A stretch of DNA of 64,000 nt from the sequence record MK310184; one strand, written 5' to 3'. The notes under the pieces are model-generated. The model saw only the letters and a program-made list of their open reading frames with translations, was not told the DNA's origin and ran no database searches. The translations under genes were made by a program, and so were the position numbers. Position 1 is the first letter of the stretch, and each line of letters opens with the position of its first letter. Below, piece after piece: positions 52,220 through 64,000 of this stretch. The stretch comes from Phage NC-G.

Positions 52220-54475
52220 TTAAAGCTTACAAGCTGCGCAATCATCGGCTTTAGGAGTTTCGATTTCATAATCGTCGGTACCGGAGCCATCACGGGTGTT
52301 ATGATAGTAAAGGTTCTTACCACCAAAGTACCAGAAATATAACAGGTCATCAAGCATTACTGACATAGGAACTTTTCCTTTCTCATAATTCTGAGGGTCG
52401 TAATACGTATTTGCTGATGCTGATTGGCAAACCCATTTCAACATAATTGCTACTTGGGTAAGATAAGGTTTATTACCTTTCTTAGCGAGGCTCCAAGCGT
52501 AATCATACAACCCTTGGTTATGTTCTACATTAGGAACTACCTGACGGAAGTTACCTTCTTTAGATTCTTTAATACTTACTGGCCCACGCGGAGGTTCGAT
52601 ACCGTTGGTAGAGTTGGAAACTTGGCTGCTTGACTCGCATGGCATAAGTGCTGATAATGTGCTATTACGGATGCCATATTTAGCCATGTCTTCCCGCAAC
52701 GACGTCCAGTCACAAACATAGTTAGGGGCTGCGATTTGGTCAATCTTTTTATTGTACCAGTCGATAGGAAGCTCGCCTCGAGACCATTTAGTGTCTGAAT
52801 AATACTCGCAAGGTCCTTTTTCTTCGGCCAATTTGATTGATGCTCGGATAAGTCCATATTGTAATCTCTCAAACAGTTCATGAGTTAAATCGTTAGCGTC
52901 TTCATAAGAAGCAAAGTTGCTTGCCAACCAAGCGGCGTAGTTTGTAACACCGACACCCAGGTTACGGCGCTTCTTAGCCTTCAGAGCTTCAGGAACAGGA
53001 TAGCTTTGATAATCTAATAGATTATCCAATGCACGTACTTGTACTTCAGCCAGCTCATTGATTTTGTCTTGGTCCTGCCAATCAAAGTTATCTAACACGA
53101 ATGCAGACAACGTGCACAACCCGATTTCAGCGTCCGGACTATTCACATCAGTAGTCGGGATAGCAATTTCACAACACAAGTTGCTCTGGCGAATAGGGGC
53201 CTTTTCACGAATAAATGGTGTGAAGTTGTTAGTGTTATCAACGAACTGAGGATAAATTCGTGCAGTGCCTGAACGTTCGGTCATGAACAATTCGAAGAGG
53301 TCACGTGCTTTAATACGTTTCTTACGAATACTAGGGTCTTTTTCAGCTGCTTCATACAATTCACGGAAACGGTCTTGGTCTTCAAAATAAGAATAATAAA
53401 GCTCACCACCCATTTCATGAGGACTAAACAGGGTAATATAATCATTCTTACCGAAACGTTCCATCATCAGGTCGTTCAACTGGATTCCGTAGTCCATATG
53501 ACGAATACGGTTCTCATCGACACCTTTGTTGTTTTTCAGAACGAGCAGATTTTCAACTTCCAAATGCCAAATAGGATAATAAGCAGTAGCAGCGCCGCCA
53601 CGGATTCCACCTTGTGAACATGATTTAACAGCAGTCTGGAAATGTTTCCAGAATGGAATAACACCGGTGTGTTTGACTTCGCCCATGCCAATACGAGAAC
53701 CTTCGGCACGAATCATACCAACGTTAATACCAATACCTGCACGTTTAGAAATGTATTCAATTATTGAGTTCGCAGTTTTGTTAATAGATTTCAGCGAGTC
53801 GCCTGCTTCAATAACCACACAAGAACTAAATTGGCGGGTTGGTGTACGTGCTCCGGCCATAATAGGAGTAGGCAACGAAACCTGACGAGTACTTACAGCA
53901 TCATAAAAACGAATAATATGTGCTAAACGGTTACCTGGCTCGTCTTGGTGTAGGGCCATACCAATACACATGATAGCAAACTGAGGAGTTTCGTAGATTT
54001 TACCGGTTGTTTTATCTTTAACCAAATATTTCTCTTTCAACTGCATCGCACCAGCATAGGTCAATTCGAAATCACGCTCATGCTTGATATGAGATTCTAA
54101 GAAAGTAATTTCTTCCGCAGAATATCGAGACAGCAATTCAGGGTCATATTTACCTTCATTAACACAATAGGAAATATGGTCGATAAAACTACGTGGTTCG
54201 AACTGCCCATAAACTTCTTTACGCAGTGCAAACATCAATTCTTTTGCAGCTACATACTGGTAATCAGGTTCTTCAACCGAAATAAGGTTGGCTGCTACCT
54301 TAACAGTCAGATTCTGGATATCTTTGGTAGTCATACCATCACGAAGATGGGGTTTAATTTCTTCGTATAATTCGTATGGATCGATTTGGGTTCCTTTACA
54401 ACCCCAAGTCAGAACTTTAATAATTTTTTGTGCGTCAAAATCTTGGGATACACCACTACTTTTTTGTACTTGCAT
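52220..54475 (-). CDS. nrdA: Ribonucleotide reductase large subunit
   Basis: 751 aa; N-terminal ATP-cone, catalytic Cys motifs, C-terminal CAAC-like tail (DDCAACKL). Confidence 0.96.
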   Translation of the reverse strand: MQVQKSSGVSQDFDAQKIIKVLTWGCKGTQIDPYELYEEIKPHLRDGMTTKDIQNLTVKVAANLISVEEPDYQYVAAKELMFALRKEVYGQFEPRSFIDHISYCVNEGKYDPELLSRYSAEEITFLESHIKHERDFELTYAGAMQLKEKYLVKDKTTGKIYETPQFAIMCIGMALHQDEPGNRLAHIIRFYDAVSTRQVSLPTPIMAGARTPTRQFSSCVVIEAGDSLKSINKTANSIIEYISKRAGIGINVGMIRAEGSRIGMGEVKHTGVIPFWKHFQTAVKSCSQGGIRGGAATAYYPIWHLEVENLLVLKNNKGVDENRIRHMDYGIQLNDLMMERFGKNDYITLFSPHEMGGELYYSYFEDQDRFRELYEAAEKDPSIRKKRIKARDLFELFMTERSGTARIYPQFVDNTNNFTPFIREKAPIRQSNLCCEIAIPTTDVNSPDAEIGLCTLSAFVLDNFDWQDQDKINELAEVQVRALDNLLDYQSYPVPEALKAKKRRNLGVGVTNYAAWLASNFASYEDANDLTHELFERLQYGLIRASIKLAEEKGPCEYYSDTKWSRGELPIDWYNKKIDQIAAPNYVCDWTSLREDMAKYGIRNSTLSALMPCESSSQVSNSTNGIEPPRGPVSIKESKEGNFRQVVPNVEHNQGLYDYAWSLAKKGNKPYLTQVAIMLKWVCQSASANTYYDPQNYEKGKVPMSVMLDDLLYFWYFGGKNLYYHNTRDGSGTDDYEIETPKADDCAACKL

Positions 54476-54603
54476 AATTTCCTCAATATGTTAGGTTCTA
54501 CAATTATTCTATCATAGAACCTGTTAAGCATGGACTGATATTTATAGAATGAAATTCAGTCCGACCATAATAACCAAAAACAGAGTACAGATTATTTGAA
54601 TTT

Positions 54604-56385
<1,782 letters not shown>

Positions 56386-56395
56386 TATATTTTCC

Positions 56396-56635
56396 TCACG
56401 CTTTCTTAGCGATTTTCCAGTCAGCTTTGAACTGGTCAACATCAGAGTGGTGAATCCAGAAACCAGATGATATACCATCTTCATAAAGAGGACAGCCGTC
56501 ACACTCATCTTTCCAACCCATTGCACACAAAGTTTCTTCAGCTTTTTCCAGAGCTTCAGGGTTGTTACCTTGGATTGTGAAGTACCATTTGCCTTTAACT
56601 TCAGAATCGTTGATTGATTCGCGTTGTAATTTCAT
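56396..56635 (-). CDS. Hypothetical small Cys-rich protein (79 aa)
   Basis: ORF with early-promoter cassette upstream; CAMGWKDECDGCP motif. Confidence 0.5.
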   Translation of the reverse strand: MKLQRESINDSEVKGKWYFTIQGNNPEALEKAEETLCAMGWKDECDGCPLYEDGISSGFWIHHSDVDQFKADWKIAKKA

Positions 56636-56681
56636 TTTATTCTCCTCAAGTTGATAAGGCTATAGTATCACTACCATAGCC
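56636..56681 (-). promoter_or_regulatory. Early-promoter cassette
   Basis: Minus strand GTTTAC-N18-TACTATAGCCTTATCAACTTGAGGAGAATAAA-ATG. Confidence 0.6.
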
Positions 56682-56693
56682 TGTCGTAAACAA

Positions 56694-56921
56694 TTATTTT
56701 TGAATTAAGCCCATATAAAATTCAGCATCTTCAGCATGCATACCATCACAATACTCGTCAGCCATAAAACGAGTCAGGTCTTCAAGAGGACCTTGGATTT
56801 CAATTTGGATACTAAAGAATTGAGTATCTTTGATGTAAGCCATACTCAAAGAAGGATAACGATTACGGATAACTTCGTAAGTGTATTCAAAATCAACGAT
56901 ATCAATATTAACCTTAGCCAT
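56694..56921 (-). CDS. Hypothetical small protein (75 aa)
   Basis: ORF with early-promoter cassette upstream. Confidence 0.5.
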   Translation of the reverse strand: MAKVNIDIVDFEYTYEVIRNRYPSLSMAYIKDTQFFSIQIEIQGPLEDLTRFMADEYCDGMHAEDAEFYMGLIQK

Positions 56922-56980
56922 TTTATTTTCCTCATGTAGTTGATAGGTCTATAGTATCTCAACCATAGACCATTGTAAAC
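56922..56980 (-). promoter_or_regulatory. Early-promoter cassette
   Basis: Minus strand GTTTAC-N18-TACTATAGACCTATCAACTACATGAGGAAAATAAA-ATG. Confidence 0.6.
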
Positions 56981-56981
56981 A

Positions 56982-57254
56982 TTATTTTTGAATTTTATCG
57001 AGCCATTTACCAAGTTTAATCATTTCTTTAGTAGCTTTTTCCATACTTCTGAACTTGACCAATAGAGGATAAGTATCTACACCCATAACTAAAGTGGTTA
57101 CAAGACTATGCTCGCCTACAAGCCATAATGAATATGTTTGGATATCAAGTCCGTAATTTCGGTCTTTATGGACACGTACACCCATCACTTCAAACTGTTT
57201 ACTGGCTTTTTCTACTGCATCCAGGAAATCATCTTTAGTCATATTAAATTCCAA
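56982..57254 (-). CDS. Hypothetical small protein (90 aa)
   Basis: ORF in frd-32 small-gene array. Confidence 0.45.
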   Translation of the reverse strand: MEFNMTKDDFLDAVEKASKQFEVMGVRVHKDRNYGLDIQTYSLWLVGEHSLVTTLVMGVDTYPLLVKFRSMEKATKEMIKLGKWLDKIQK

Positions 57255-57609
57255 AAGTAGCTTTAATCAAGGCAATGACTTCAGCAGCATTTTTGTGATT
57301 AACCTGCACATGAATGGTTTGTGTATCAACTACAGGAGCATTCTCATCCACTTCTAAGAAATATTGGAATTCGCCTTCAGCGAGTTCAAAGTAATCATCG
57401 CCGTTATCCAGACTATCAAGGATGGTGCCATCTTTCATTTCAACTTTTTCAACAAAATAATCGCCTTCAACAAAGCTCATATCCAGAACTTTAAAGGTGT
57501 CACCACACTCTGCCATCCGCTTAACCATAAGTGCATTATCATCTGGACAGTCTGCAATAAAATGTTTTTTAGCAGCAGGGTCTAATACGTAAATTTTACC
57601 AGTTTCCAT
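57244..57609 (-). CDS. Hypothetical protein (121 aa from cassette-supported start)
   Basis: Start at METGKIYV... ATG directly after conserved cassette leader. Confidence 0.5.
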   Translation of the reverse strand: METGKIYVLDPAAKKHFIADCPDDNALMVKRMAECGDTFKVLDMSFVEGDYFVEKVEMKDGTILDSLDNGDDYFELAEGEFQYFLEVDENAPVVDTQTIHVQVNHKNAAEVIALIKATFGI

Positions 57610-57666
57610 TTTTATTTCCTCATGTTTTGATAGGTCTATAGTATCATGTTTAAAGGGGTTGTAAAC
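57610..57666 (-). promoter_or_regulatory. Early-promoter cassette
   Basis: Minus strand GTTTAC-N17-TACTATAGACCTATCAAAACATGAGGAAATAAAA-ATG. Confidence 0.6.
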
Positions 57667-57682
57667 CATTAAATGCCAAAAA

Positions 57683-57702
57683 GGGAAGACCGAAGTCTTC
57701 CC
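57683..57702 (-). terminator. Hairpin terminator after gene 32 (GGGAAGAC-CGAA-GUCUUCCC)
   Basis: gggaagaccgaagtcttccc palindrome 17 nt 3' of the gene 32 stop on the minus strand. Confidence 0.7.
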
Positions 57703-57718
57703 ATTATAAATCAATAAC

Positions 57719-58630
57719 TTATAGACCAGCTAACAGGTCGTCCAGACCATCGTCATCAGAAGGACTTACTGACGGCTCAGGAGTAGTGGAACGGGCCGGT
57801 GTAGACGGTTTGGAGTCATATGCATCAAGGTCTGCACTGAATGCGTCCAGGTCATCACCAATCTTATCAGCGGCTGCAGAAGCTTTAGCGGCAGCACCAC
57901 CAAGAGCAGCTGTACCAACAACTTTCTTAAACTTAGCTTCGTTAGTTTCGAATGATTTGAAATCGAGCAGTTTAGAAAGGTCGTGCATTTCTTCCATCAA
58001 TTTGGCTTGGTAAGCTTCATCATTGATGTTAGGAATTTCAGACTGACCCATGAATTTGGAATCGTCGTAGTTTTTGAAGTCGCCAACTTTCTTAGATTTT
58101 AGTACGAAGTTCGCACCATCAAACGGACATGTTACGTCAACCGGCACTTCACCAATATCGGTATCAACTTCAACCATCTGGTTGATTTTATCCATAATTT
58201 TCTGACCGAAACGGAATTTAAACACTTTACCTTCGTTAGCAGGCACTGCACTATCCTTAATAACAAGGATGTTAGCCCAGAAGGAAGTTTTACGTTTCAT
58301 CAGTTTGTATTCGGCGTTATTAGTATTAAAGGTATCGTTCTGGTTCATGTATTTACATACAGGACAAGAATCGAAATCACCATGAGTAGACGTGCAGTTT
58401 TCAATATACCATTGACCATTTTTCTTAAAGCCGTGGTTAACGAGCTTAATGAATGGAGATGGATTTTCTTCGTTTTTCGAAGGTAGGAAACGAATTACCG
58501 CAGTACCAACACCATTGTCGTCTTTCAATTTCCATTCAGCTTTATCATCGGAAGAGAAAGAAGAGCCACCTTTCATTGCAGACAGTTGAGCAGCCAGTTG
58601 GGAAGGATCGCGACGTTTAAACATAGACAT
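57719..58630 (-). CDS. 32: Single-stranded DNA-binding protein gp32
   Basis: FLPSKNE...HGFKKNG.WYIE.C.STHGD.DSCPVC (zinc site), acidic C-terminus [10 protein letters not shown]; 303 aa. Confidence 0.96.
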   Translation of the reverse strand: MSMFKRRDPSQLAAQLSAMKGGSSFSSDDKAEWKLKDDNGVGTAVIRFLPSKNEENPSPFIKLVNHGFKKNGQWYIENCTSTHGDFDSCPVCKYMNQNDTFNTNNAEYKLMKRKTSFWANILVIKDSAVPANEGKVFKFRFGQKIMDKINQMVEVDTDIGEVPVDVTCPFDGANFVLKSKKVGDFKNYDDSKFMGQSEIPNINDEAYQAKLMEEMHDLSKLLDFKSFETNEAKFKKVVGTAALGGAAAKASAAADKIGDDLDAFSADLDAYDSKPSTPARSTTPEPSVSPSDDDGLDDLLAGL

Positions 58631-58697
58631 ATTATTTACCTTAGCAGATTTAGCAGTTGTATTTTATTAACAGTTTTTAACAGATTGAGTTAGTATA

Positions 58698-59327
58698 TTA
58701 ACACAGGTGATTTGAAGCAAAATTATTAAACTTAATATCAAGGTATGGGTTCCATCCTGATTTAAATTTATTTATCATGGTTATACCTACCATGTGAGGG
58801 CATTCTAAACCGGTTTCCTTGGCCATTAGCTTAGGACCTAATCTAGGATTTTCGTGCGGGCCTATATACCAATCATAAAATGATTTAGCATTTTTCCACA
58901 CTAAATGAGAACCCTTAGCAATAGCATTAGGATGTTCCCAAGGCTCTTTACCTTTAAGATGGGAGCTTTCTTTCATTTTACGTTTATGGCTTTCTGATTT
59001 AGATTTACCTTTTAAACAGGATTTAAAAGTTCCTTTAGCCATCGCCTTATTAAAGAATAAGGGCGATTTAACAACATCGTAGTGGTTATGGTAAAACTCT
59101 TCTTCATCTAAAGGCTCTTCACAAACATGAAGAACTTTGACTTTAGGACGTTCAGATAAGGCGGAAATAAATCTAGGTTGTTTGCATGACGACCAGTATT
59201 CTTTTCCGTGTGAATCAATTATAACACCATTTTTAATTAAGCAATTATGCTTAGAGCCAATATAAAAATATGGTGGAGTTTTATCTTTAATTCTCTGGCT
59301 AAACTCTAGCCAATATACTATATTCAA
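58698..59327 (-). CDS. Seg-like GIY-YIG homing endonuclease (segG position between 32 and 59)
   Basis: N-terminal IVYWLEF...YFYIGSK resembles a GIY-YIG motif with a longer spacer; basic K-rich C-terminal half; positional match to T4 segG from memory. Confidence 0.5.
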   Translation of the reverse strand: MNIVYWLEFSQRIKDKTPPYFYIGSKHNCLIKNGVIIDSHGKEYWSSCKQPRFISALSERPKVKVLHVCEEPLDEEEFYHNHYDVVKSPLFFNKAMAKGTFKSCLKGKSKSESHKRKMKESSHLKGKEPWEHPNAIAKGSHLVWKNAKSFYDWYIGPHENPRLGPKLMAKETGLECPHMVGITMINKFKSGWNPYLDIKFNNFASNHLC

Positions 59328-59977
59328 AATTTACAACCCTTAATTGTTTCAATGAACAATTTACGAGCCTCAATAGAATCTACTATAAGAATTTTTTTGT
59401 AAGCGTTTAATTTAGTCGAATACTTAGACCACACTAAATCATTAGTCTTTTCATCGTGCTTATCAATTATATCCATAAATGAATCAAGCAAAATAAACGT
59501 TTCGAATGAAATCACATTCGATTGAAGGAGCTTAAAAATATAGCTCGAGTTAACTTTTTTATTATAATCAAAAATTTCAGAAAGCGCTTTAACTTCAACT
59601 TTCTTACTGAAATAATAGATGTTTTTGATATCGTCCTCAAAAACTTGTTTTATTCTTTTAAGTCTACCAATGTATTCTCGGTAAAAGACTAAGGCGTCAG
59701 CATCACTGATGTCGCCAATCCATGCGTCTTGGTTAGCCACCAAGTTACTCATGAAGATAAGAGCAAGCTCTTTCAAAGTGTATTTATCACTCAATTTCTC
59801 GAAGAAATATTTGTCACGACGTTTTTGGTAAGCCGTATCAGAGATTCGCATGACCCAGTTATATTTTATAACGTCGTATTTGGCATTGAAGTGATGTTTG
59901 AGCATTAAGTATAGTGAATATACGCTCTTACCATTCACCATACGGTTATTGTTTGGTGGCATGCGAATCTTAATCAT
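59324..59977 (-). CDS. 59: Helicase loader gp59
   Basis: 217 aa, same length as T4 gp59; blocks KYDVIKYNW, ALIF.SNLVANQDAWIGDISDADALVFYREYIGRLK match. Confidence 0.95.
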   Translation of the reverse strand: MIKIRMPPNNNRMVNGKSVYSLYLMLKHHFNAKYDVIKYNWVMRISDTAYQKRRDKYFFEKLSDKYTLKELALIFMSNLVANQDAWIGDISDADALVFYREYIGRLKRIKQVFEDDIKNIYYFSKKVEVKALSEIFDYNKKVNSSYIFKLLQSNVISFETFILLDSFMDIIDKHDEKTNDLVWSKYSTKLNAYKKILIVDSIEARKLFIETIKGCKF

Positions 59978-60276
59978 AACAAGAAATCCAGGGTATTAGT
60001 TTTTTGCGTTCGTGCCATTGAAGGACGAAGCAAGTTATCATCAATGGCTTCGTTCATAATTTTATCAATAATTCCTGCAGGCAAATAACGAGCAAAGTTA
60101 CCTTCAGGGATGCTGTTCTCTTCCAACCATGCGGTAGCCGCTTCGAGGTAACTACAACCTTCAGCCTCAACAAAGGCCTCAATATCAAGGCCATTCTGTT
60201 GTTTGTTTACCAATACATGGACAGGTTCGGAAGCGGTATTAACCGCTCCATCAAAATCATTCAAAGATTGTGTCAT
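59974..60276 (-). CDS. 33: Late transcription co-activator gp33
   Basis: 100-aa acidic ORF ATGA-coupled to gene 59, syntenic. Confidence 0.8.
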   Translation of the reverse strand: MTQSLNDFDGAVNTASEPVHVLVNKQQNGLDIEAFVEAEGCSYLEAATAWLEENSIPEGNFARYLPAGIIDKIMNEAIDDNLLRPSMARTQKTNTLDFLL

Positions 60277-60526
60277 ACAGTTCTACCACTTCAGTTTTTT
60301 CGTCTTCGAAACGTTCACGAGTGCCTTTATGGTACAGGGAGAACAGCTGGTTAAACATTTTACCGTCTACACCAAGTTCAGTCTTAGCACGGTCTTTGAT
60401 ATCTTTAATTTCGTCGCCATAAGCTTCCATTTTTAATTTAGTATCAGAAGCGGTTTTAATCAACTGGGCCAATGTGTTGCCGTGTTCTTCTTGATTGAAT
60501 TCAACTTTCACTTTTTCTTTAGCCAT
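60257..60526 (-). CDS. dsbA: dsDNA-binding protein DsbA
   Basis: Start at MAKEKVKV gives 89 aa, the T4 DsbA length; syntenic between rnh and 33. Confidence 0.8.
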   Translation of the reverse strand: MAKEKVKVEFNQEEHGNTLAQLIKTASDTKLKMEAYGDEIKDIKDRAKTELGVDGKMFNQLFSLYHKGTRERFEDEKTEVVELYDTIFE

Positions 60527-60536
60527 TATATTCACC

Positions 60537-61484
60537 TTAATAAAAATCAGCTACTGTAGCAGTTAGTTTAGACAAACCGGATTTAACGAAATAAGGATAA
60601 ACTTTAGATTTCGAAGGTTTGTTATACGTATTATATCTTTCGGTAATTAAAGCAACAATATCATCTGGAATAAAGTCCATATCAATTAAGATTTGGTTTT
60701 CACAGAAACGTTCATATTGTTCTTCAGTAAGAAGTGCTTTAATTATATCATGGTCGTAATAATTAAGAGCAATTGCTTCAAGTTCTTTAGCACGAGTACT
60801 TGGAGTACGTTCGCCTTCAACCATAGTCAACCAATAATCACCACGAACTTTAATACTTGCAACGTTATCCTTTCGGTCACCTTTAACAACTTTAGTTACG
60901 CAATCAAGCAAAGCATCACCAGATTTTGTTTTGACGAATTTTTTCTGCATTGGAGACCATTGTTTTACCCCAGGGAATTTATGAAGCTGGGTAAAGTCAC
61001 CATCGGAAGAACCAATCATAACCGGATGGCCTTTAGCCGTAAGGATACGAGTCAATACAGCAATATGGTCATCGGCCTCGATTGTATCGATATTCATAAC
61101 AATATAAGGCATATTATGTTCAAGCTCATCAACAATAATATGCATTGCCGTAAATAAGCCTTCCCAGTCAAACGGTGATTCATCACGAGCCTTAGCACGG
61201 TTTTTCTTATAATAAGAGGAATAACGACGGCGCCAATAACCTGATTTAGAGTTATCAACACAAATAATTAATTGGTTGTAACCTTGTTTACGGAAGTCTT
61301 TAATGTTTTTCTTAATTGAATTCAACACGAGGTGACGAAGCATTGCTGTAGTTACTTTAGGAAATCCTGCATTTTCACCAAATTCTTGGAAGGCCGCAGC
61401 CATAATGATTTGGCTGAAATCTAGGAGTAAAAACCCATCTTTTTGTTGGTCTTCTTCAGGAAGTAAAAAATCTAAATCGTTCAT
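60537..61484 (-). CDS. rnh: RNase H (5'-3' exonuclease / FEN-family)
   Basis: FEN/RNase H blocks CIDN.KSGYWRR, KKNR.KAR.ES, EADDHIAVL, SSDGDFTQLHK, KGDKKDNVASVKVR match T4 RNase H; 315 aa. Confidence 0.95.
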   Translation of the reverse strand: MNDLDFLLPEEDQQKDGFLLLDFSQIIMAAAFQEFGENAGFPKVTTAMLRHLVLNSIKKNIKDFRKQGYNQLIICVDNSKSGYWRRRYSSYYKKNRAKARDESPFDWEGLFTAMHIIVDELEHNMPYIVMNIDTIEADDHIAVLTRILTAKGHPVMIGSSDGDFTQLHKFPGVKQWSPMQKKFVKTKSGDALLDCVTKVVKGDRKDNVASIKVRGDYWLTMVEGERTPSTRAKELEAIALNYYDHDIIKALLTEEQYERFCENQILIDMDFIPDDIVALITERYNTYNKPSKSKVYPYFVKSGLSKLTATVADFY

Positions 61485-61551
61485 ATGAACCTCTGTTCAA
61501 GTAGTTGAGATGTCCATTATATCACGGCCTTAGGATAAGTAAACACTTTGC

Positions 61552-61559
61552 TATAAATA
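61552..61559 (+). promoter_or_regulatory. Late promoter TATAAATA upstream of gene 34
   Basis: Exact TATAAATA 33 nt upstream of the gene 34 ATG. Confidence 0.7.
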
Positions 61560-61591
61560 GTTCTATACCCTGAAAACGAAAAGGAAATAAA

Positions 61592-64000
61592 ATGGCTGAT
61601 ATTTTAAAACCTGCATTCCGTGCTACATCCGGACTCGATGCTGCGGGCGAGAAAGTTATCAATGTTGCCAAAGCCGATTACAATGTACTAGATGATGGCG
61701 TCAACGTTGAATTCTTTATAGATGAGAACACCATCCAGGCGTACGACGAGACGCGCGGATATAAGAAAGGGTTTGCAGTAATCCATGACCAACGTATTTG
61801 GGTTGCTCAACGTGATATCGCTGCACCGGCCGGAACTTTTGTACCTGGTTATTGGACCGCTACCCGTACCGACCCTAAGTGGATTACAGTAGCCTCTCCT
61901 ACTCGCCAGTTGGCTTCCGGTGAATATATTGCGGTGGACTCAGCTGCTAGCTTTACTACATTTACTCTTCCTCCGAACCCTACTGATGGCGATACCATTG
62001 TAATCAAGGACATCGGTGGCCGTGTAGGTTATAATGAAATCAAGGTTCAATCTAGTTCTGCACCCGGTGGTGGTAACCAGAAAATTGTTCGATTTGGTAA
62101 TCAGTTCTCTGAAACTCTGATAACCAAACCTTTTTCTTATAACATGCTTATCTTTGCCAACCGCCTTTGGCATTTCTGGGAAGCAGGTAACGAAGAACGT
62201 GGTATTCGCGTAGAGCCTAATACTGCACAGTTCCAAGCTCAAGCAGGTGATAACGTTTTACGTCGTTATACTTCAGGTGCAGTAATTAAGTTTACTCTTC
62301 CTAAGTATGCGAACCAAGGTGACATGGTTAAAACCGTAGATATCGATGGTCTTGGAAGTAAGTTCCACTTAATCGTTGAAACCTTTGATGCATCGTCTTC
62401 ATTAGGTAAGCCTGGTCAGCATAGCATGGAATTCCGTACCTCCGGTGATGGGTTCTTTGTTTATAACTCCGTTGAAAAAATGTGGTATGTTTGGGACGGC
62501 GACCGTCAAACTCGTCTGCGTGTTATTCGTGATGACGTAGAACTATTGGCTAACGAAAGCATTATTGTTTTTGGTCCTAATAACACAACTCCACAAACTA
62601 TTAATATCACTTTACCTACTAGCGTAGCACAAGGCGATACTATTAAAATCGCATTGAACTATCTTCGTAAAGCACAGACAGTAAATATTAAGGCTGCTGT
62701 AGGTGATAAAATTGCTTCTTCGGTTCAATTGCTCCAGTTCCCTAAACGTTCTGAATATCCACCAGATACTGAATGGGTGTTGAATGATGTATTGACCTTT
62801 AATGGTAATATAAGTTATACCCCGGTTATTGAACTGAGTTATATCGAAGACACCATTACAGGCGGTAAATATTGGGTTGTTGCTCAGAACGTTCCTACGG
62901 TAGAACGTGTGGATTCTAAGGATGATTTAACTCGTGCTCGTCTCGGTGTTATTGCCCTTGCGTCTCAGACCCAGGCAAACGTCGACCATGAAAATAATCC
63001 TGAAAAAGAACTTGCAATTACTCCGCAGACTTTAGCCAATCGTGTTGCCACTGAAACTCGTCGTGGTATTGCTCGTATTGCTACGACTGCTCAGGTGAAC
63101 CAAGATACAACTTTCGCTTTCCAGGATGATTTGATTATTTCTCCTAAGAAATTAAACGAACGCACTGCAACCGAAACTCGTCGTGGTGTAGCTGAAATTG
63201 CTACGCAACAGGAAACTGATGCTGGTGTTGACGATACCACCATTATTACTCCTAAGAAGCTACAGACGCGCCAGGGCACTGAAAGTCTTTCAGGTATTGT
63301 AAAATATACCTCTACGGTAGACACCACTCCTGCGACTGCTAGAGACACTGTAGGTACTAACGTTTATAATAAGAACGTAAATAACCTTGTTATTTCTCCT
63401 AAAGCTTTAGACCAATATAAAGCTACTCAAGCCCAACAAGGTACGGTATATCTTTCTACCCAGTCAGAAGTTAATACCGGACAATCCGCTAGTGGATTCG
63501 CTAACAGTGCTGTTTCTCCAGAAACATTGCATGCTCGTGTGGCTCTTGATACTCGTACAGGGTTAATTGAAATTGCTACGCAACAGGAAACTGATACTGG
63601 AACCGATTATACTCGTGCTGTAACGCCTAAGACGTTAAATGATAGGAAGGCTACAGAGACTTTAACTGGTATTGCTCGTATTGGTACTCAAGTAGAATTT
63701 GATGCAGGTGTATTAGATAATGTTATTTCAACTCCGTTGAAAATTAAAACAAGATTTGATGATACTGCTAGAACTTCTGTCTCAGCAGCCAGTGGTTTGA
63801 TTGAATCAGGAACCTTATGGAACCATTATACACTAGATATTAGAGAAGCAAATGAGACCCAACGTGGCACCGCTCGTCTGGCGACCCAGACCGAAGTCAA
63901 TGTTGGTACTGATGACAAAACCATCATCACTCCTTTGAAATTACACTCTAAAAAATCTACTGAAAGTTCTGAAGGTATTATTCGTGTTGCAACGAATACC
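61592..64000 (+). CDS. 34: Long tail fiber proximal subunit gp34, 3'-truncated by window edge
   Basis: Open frame to window end (about 803 codons); N-terminus MADILKPAFRATSGLD; repeated ETRRG.A.IAT / ATQQETD.G.D motifs typical of gp34. Confidence 0.93.
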   Translation, partial: MADILKPAFRATSGLDAAGEKVINVAKADYNVLDDGVNVEFFIDENTIQAYDETRGYKKGFAVIHDQRIWVAQRDIAAPAGTFVPGYWTATRTDPKWITVASPTRQLASGEYIAVDSAASFTTFTLPPNPTDGDTIVIKDIGGRVGYNEIKVQSSSAPGGGNQKIVRFGNQFSETLITKPFSYNMLIFANRLWHFWEAGNEERGIRVEPNTAQFQAQAGDNVLRRYTSGAVIKFTLPKYANQGDMVKTVDIDGLGSKFHLIVETFDASSSLGKPGQHSMEFRTSGDGFFVYNSVEKMWYVWDGDRQTRLRVIRDDVELLANESIIVFGPNNTTPQTINITLPTSVAQGDTIKIALNYLRKAQTVNIKAAVGDKIASSVQLLQFPKRSEYPPDTEWVLNDVLTFNGNISYTPVIELSYIEDTITGGKYWVVAQNVPTVERVDSKDDLTRARLGVIALASQTQANVDHENNPEKELAITPQTLANRVATETRRGIARIATTAQVNQDTTFAFQDDLIISPKKLNERTATETRRGVAEIATQQETDAGVDDTTIITPKKLQTRQGTESLSGIVKYTSTVDTTPATARDTVGTNVYNKNVNNLVISPKALDQYKATQAQQGTVYLSTQSEVNTGQSASGFANSAVSPETLHARVALDTRTGLIEIATQQETDTGTDYTRAVTPKTLNDRKATETLTGIARIGTQVEFDAGVLDNVISTPLKIKTRFDDTARTSVSAASGLIESGTLWNHYTLDIREANETQRGTARLATQTEVNVGTDDKTIITPLKLHSKKSTESSEGIIRVATNT

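Overview
This window reads as a near-collinear segment of a T4-like (Tevenvirinae) myovirus genome, running from the 3' part of gene 12 to the 5' part of gene 34. Calls rest on reading the supplied ORF translations against remembered T4 proteins and on motifs visible in the sequence; no database search was run. Coordinates include the stop codon. The + strand carries the late structural block: short tail fiber gp12 (partial), fibritin wac, neck 13/14, 15, terminase 16/17, sheath 18, tube 19, portal 20, prohead core 67/68, protease 21, scaffold 22, major capsid 23 and two tandem gp24-type vertex genes. The remainder is mostly - strand early/middle genes (rnlB, hoc, inh-like, uvsY, alt x2, DNA ligase 30, 30.x, rIII, 31, cd, pseT, spanins, alc, rnlA, denA, nrdB, nrdA, td, frd, 32, seg-like, 59, 33, dsbA, rnh) interrupted by + strand uvsW/uvsW.1 and the baseplate hub block 51-27-28-29-48-54. 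Late promoters (TATAAATA), UUCG-type hairpin terminators and a repeated early-promoter cassette (GTTTAC-N17/18-TACTAT-leader-GAGGAG-ATG) are visible. I found no single obviously novel system; the most notable departures from my memory of T4 are the tandem divergent gp24 paralogs, the tandem Alt ADP-ribosyltransferase paralogs with a NADAR-like 30.3 nearby, a fibritin lengthened by three 93-bp tandem repeats, a 350-nt ORF-free region next to rIII, and uninterrupted td and nrdB.
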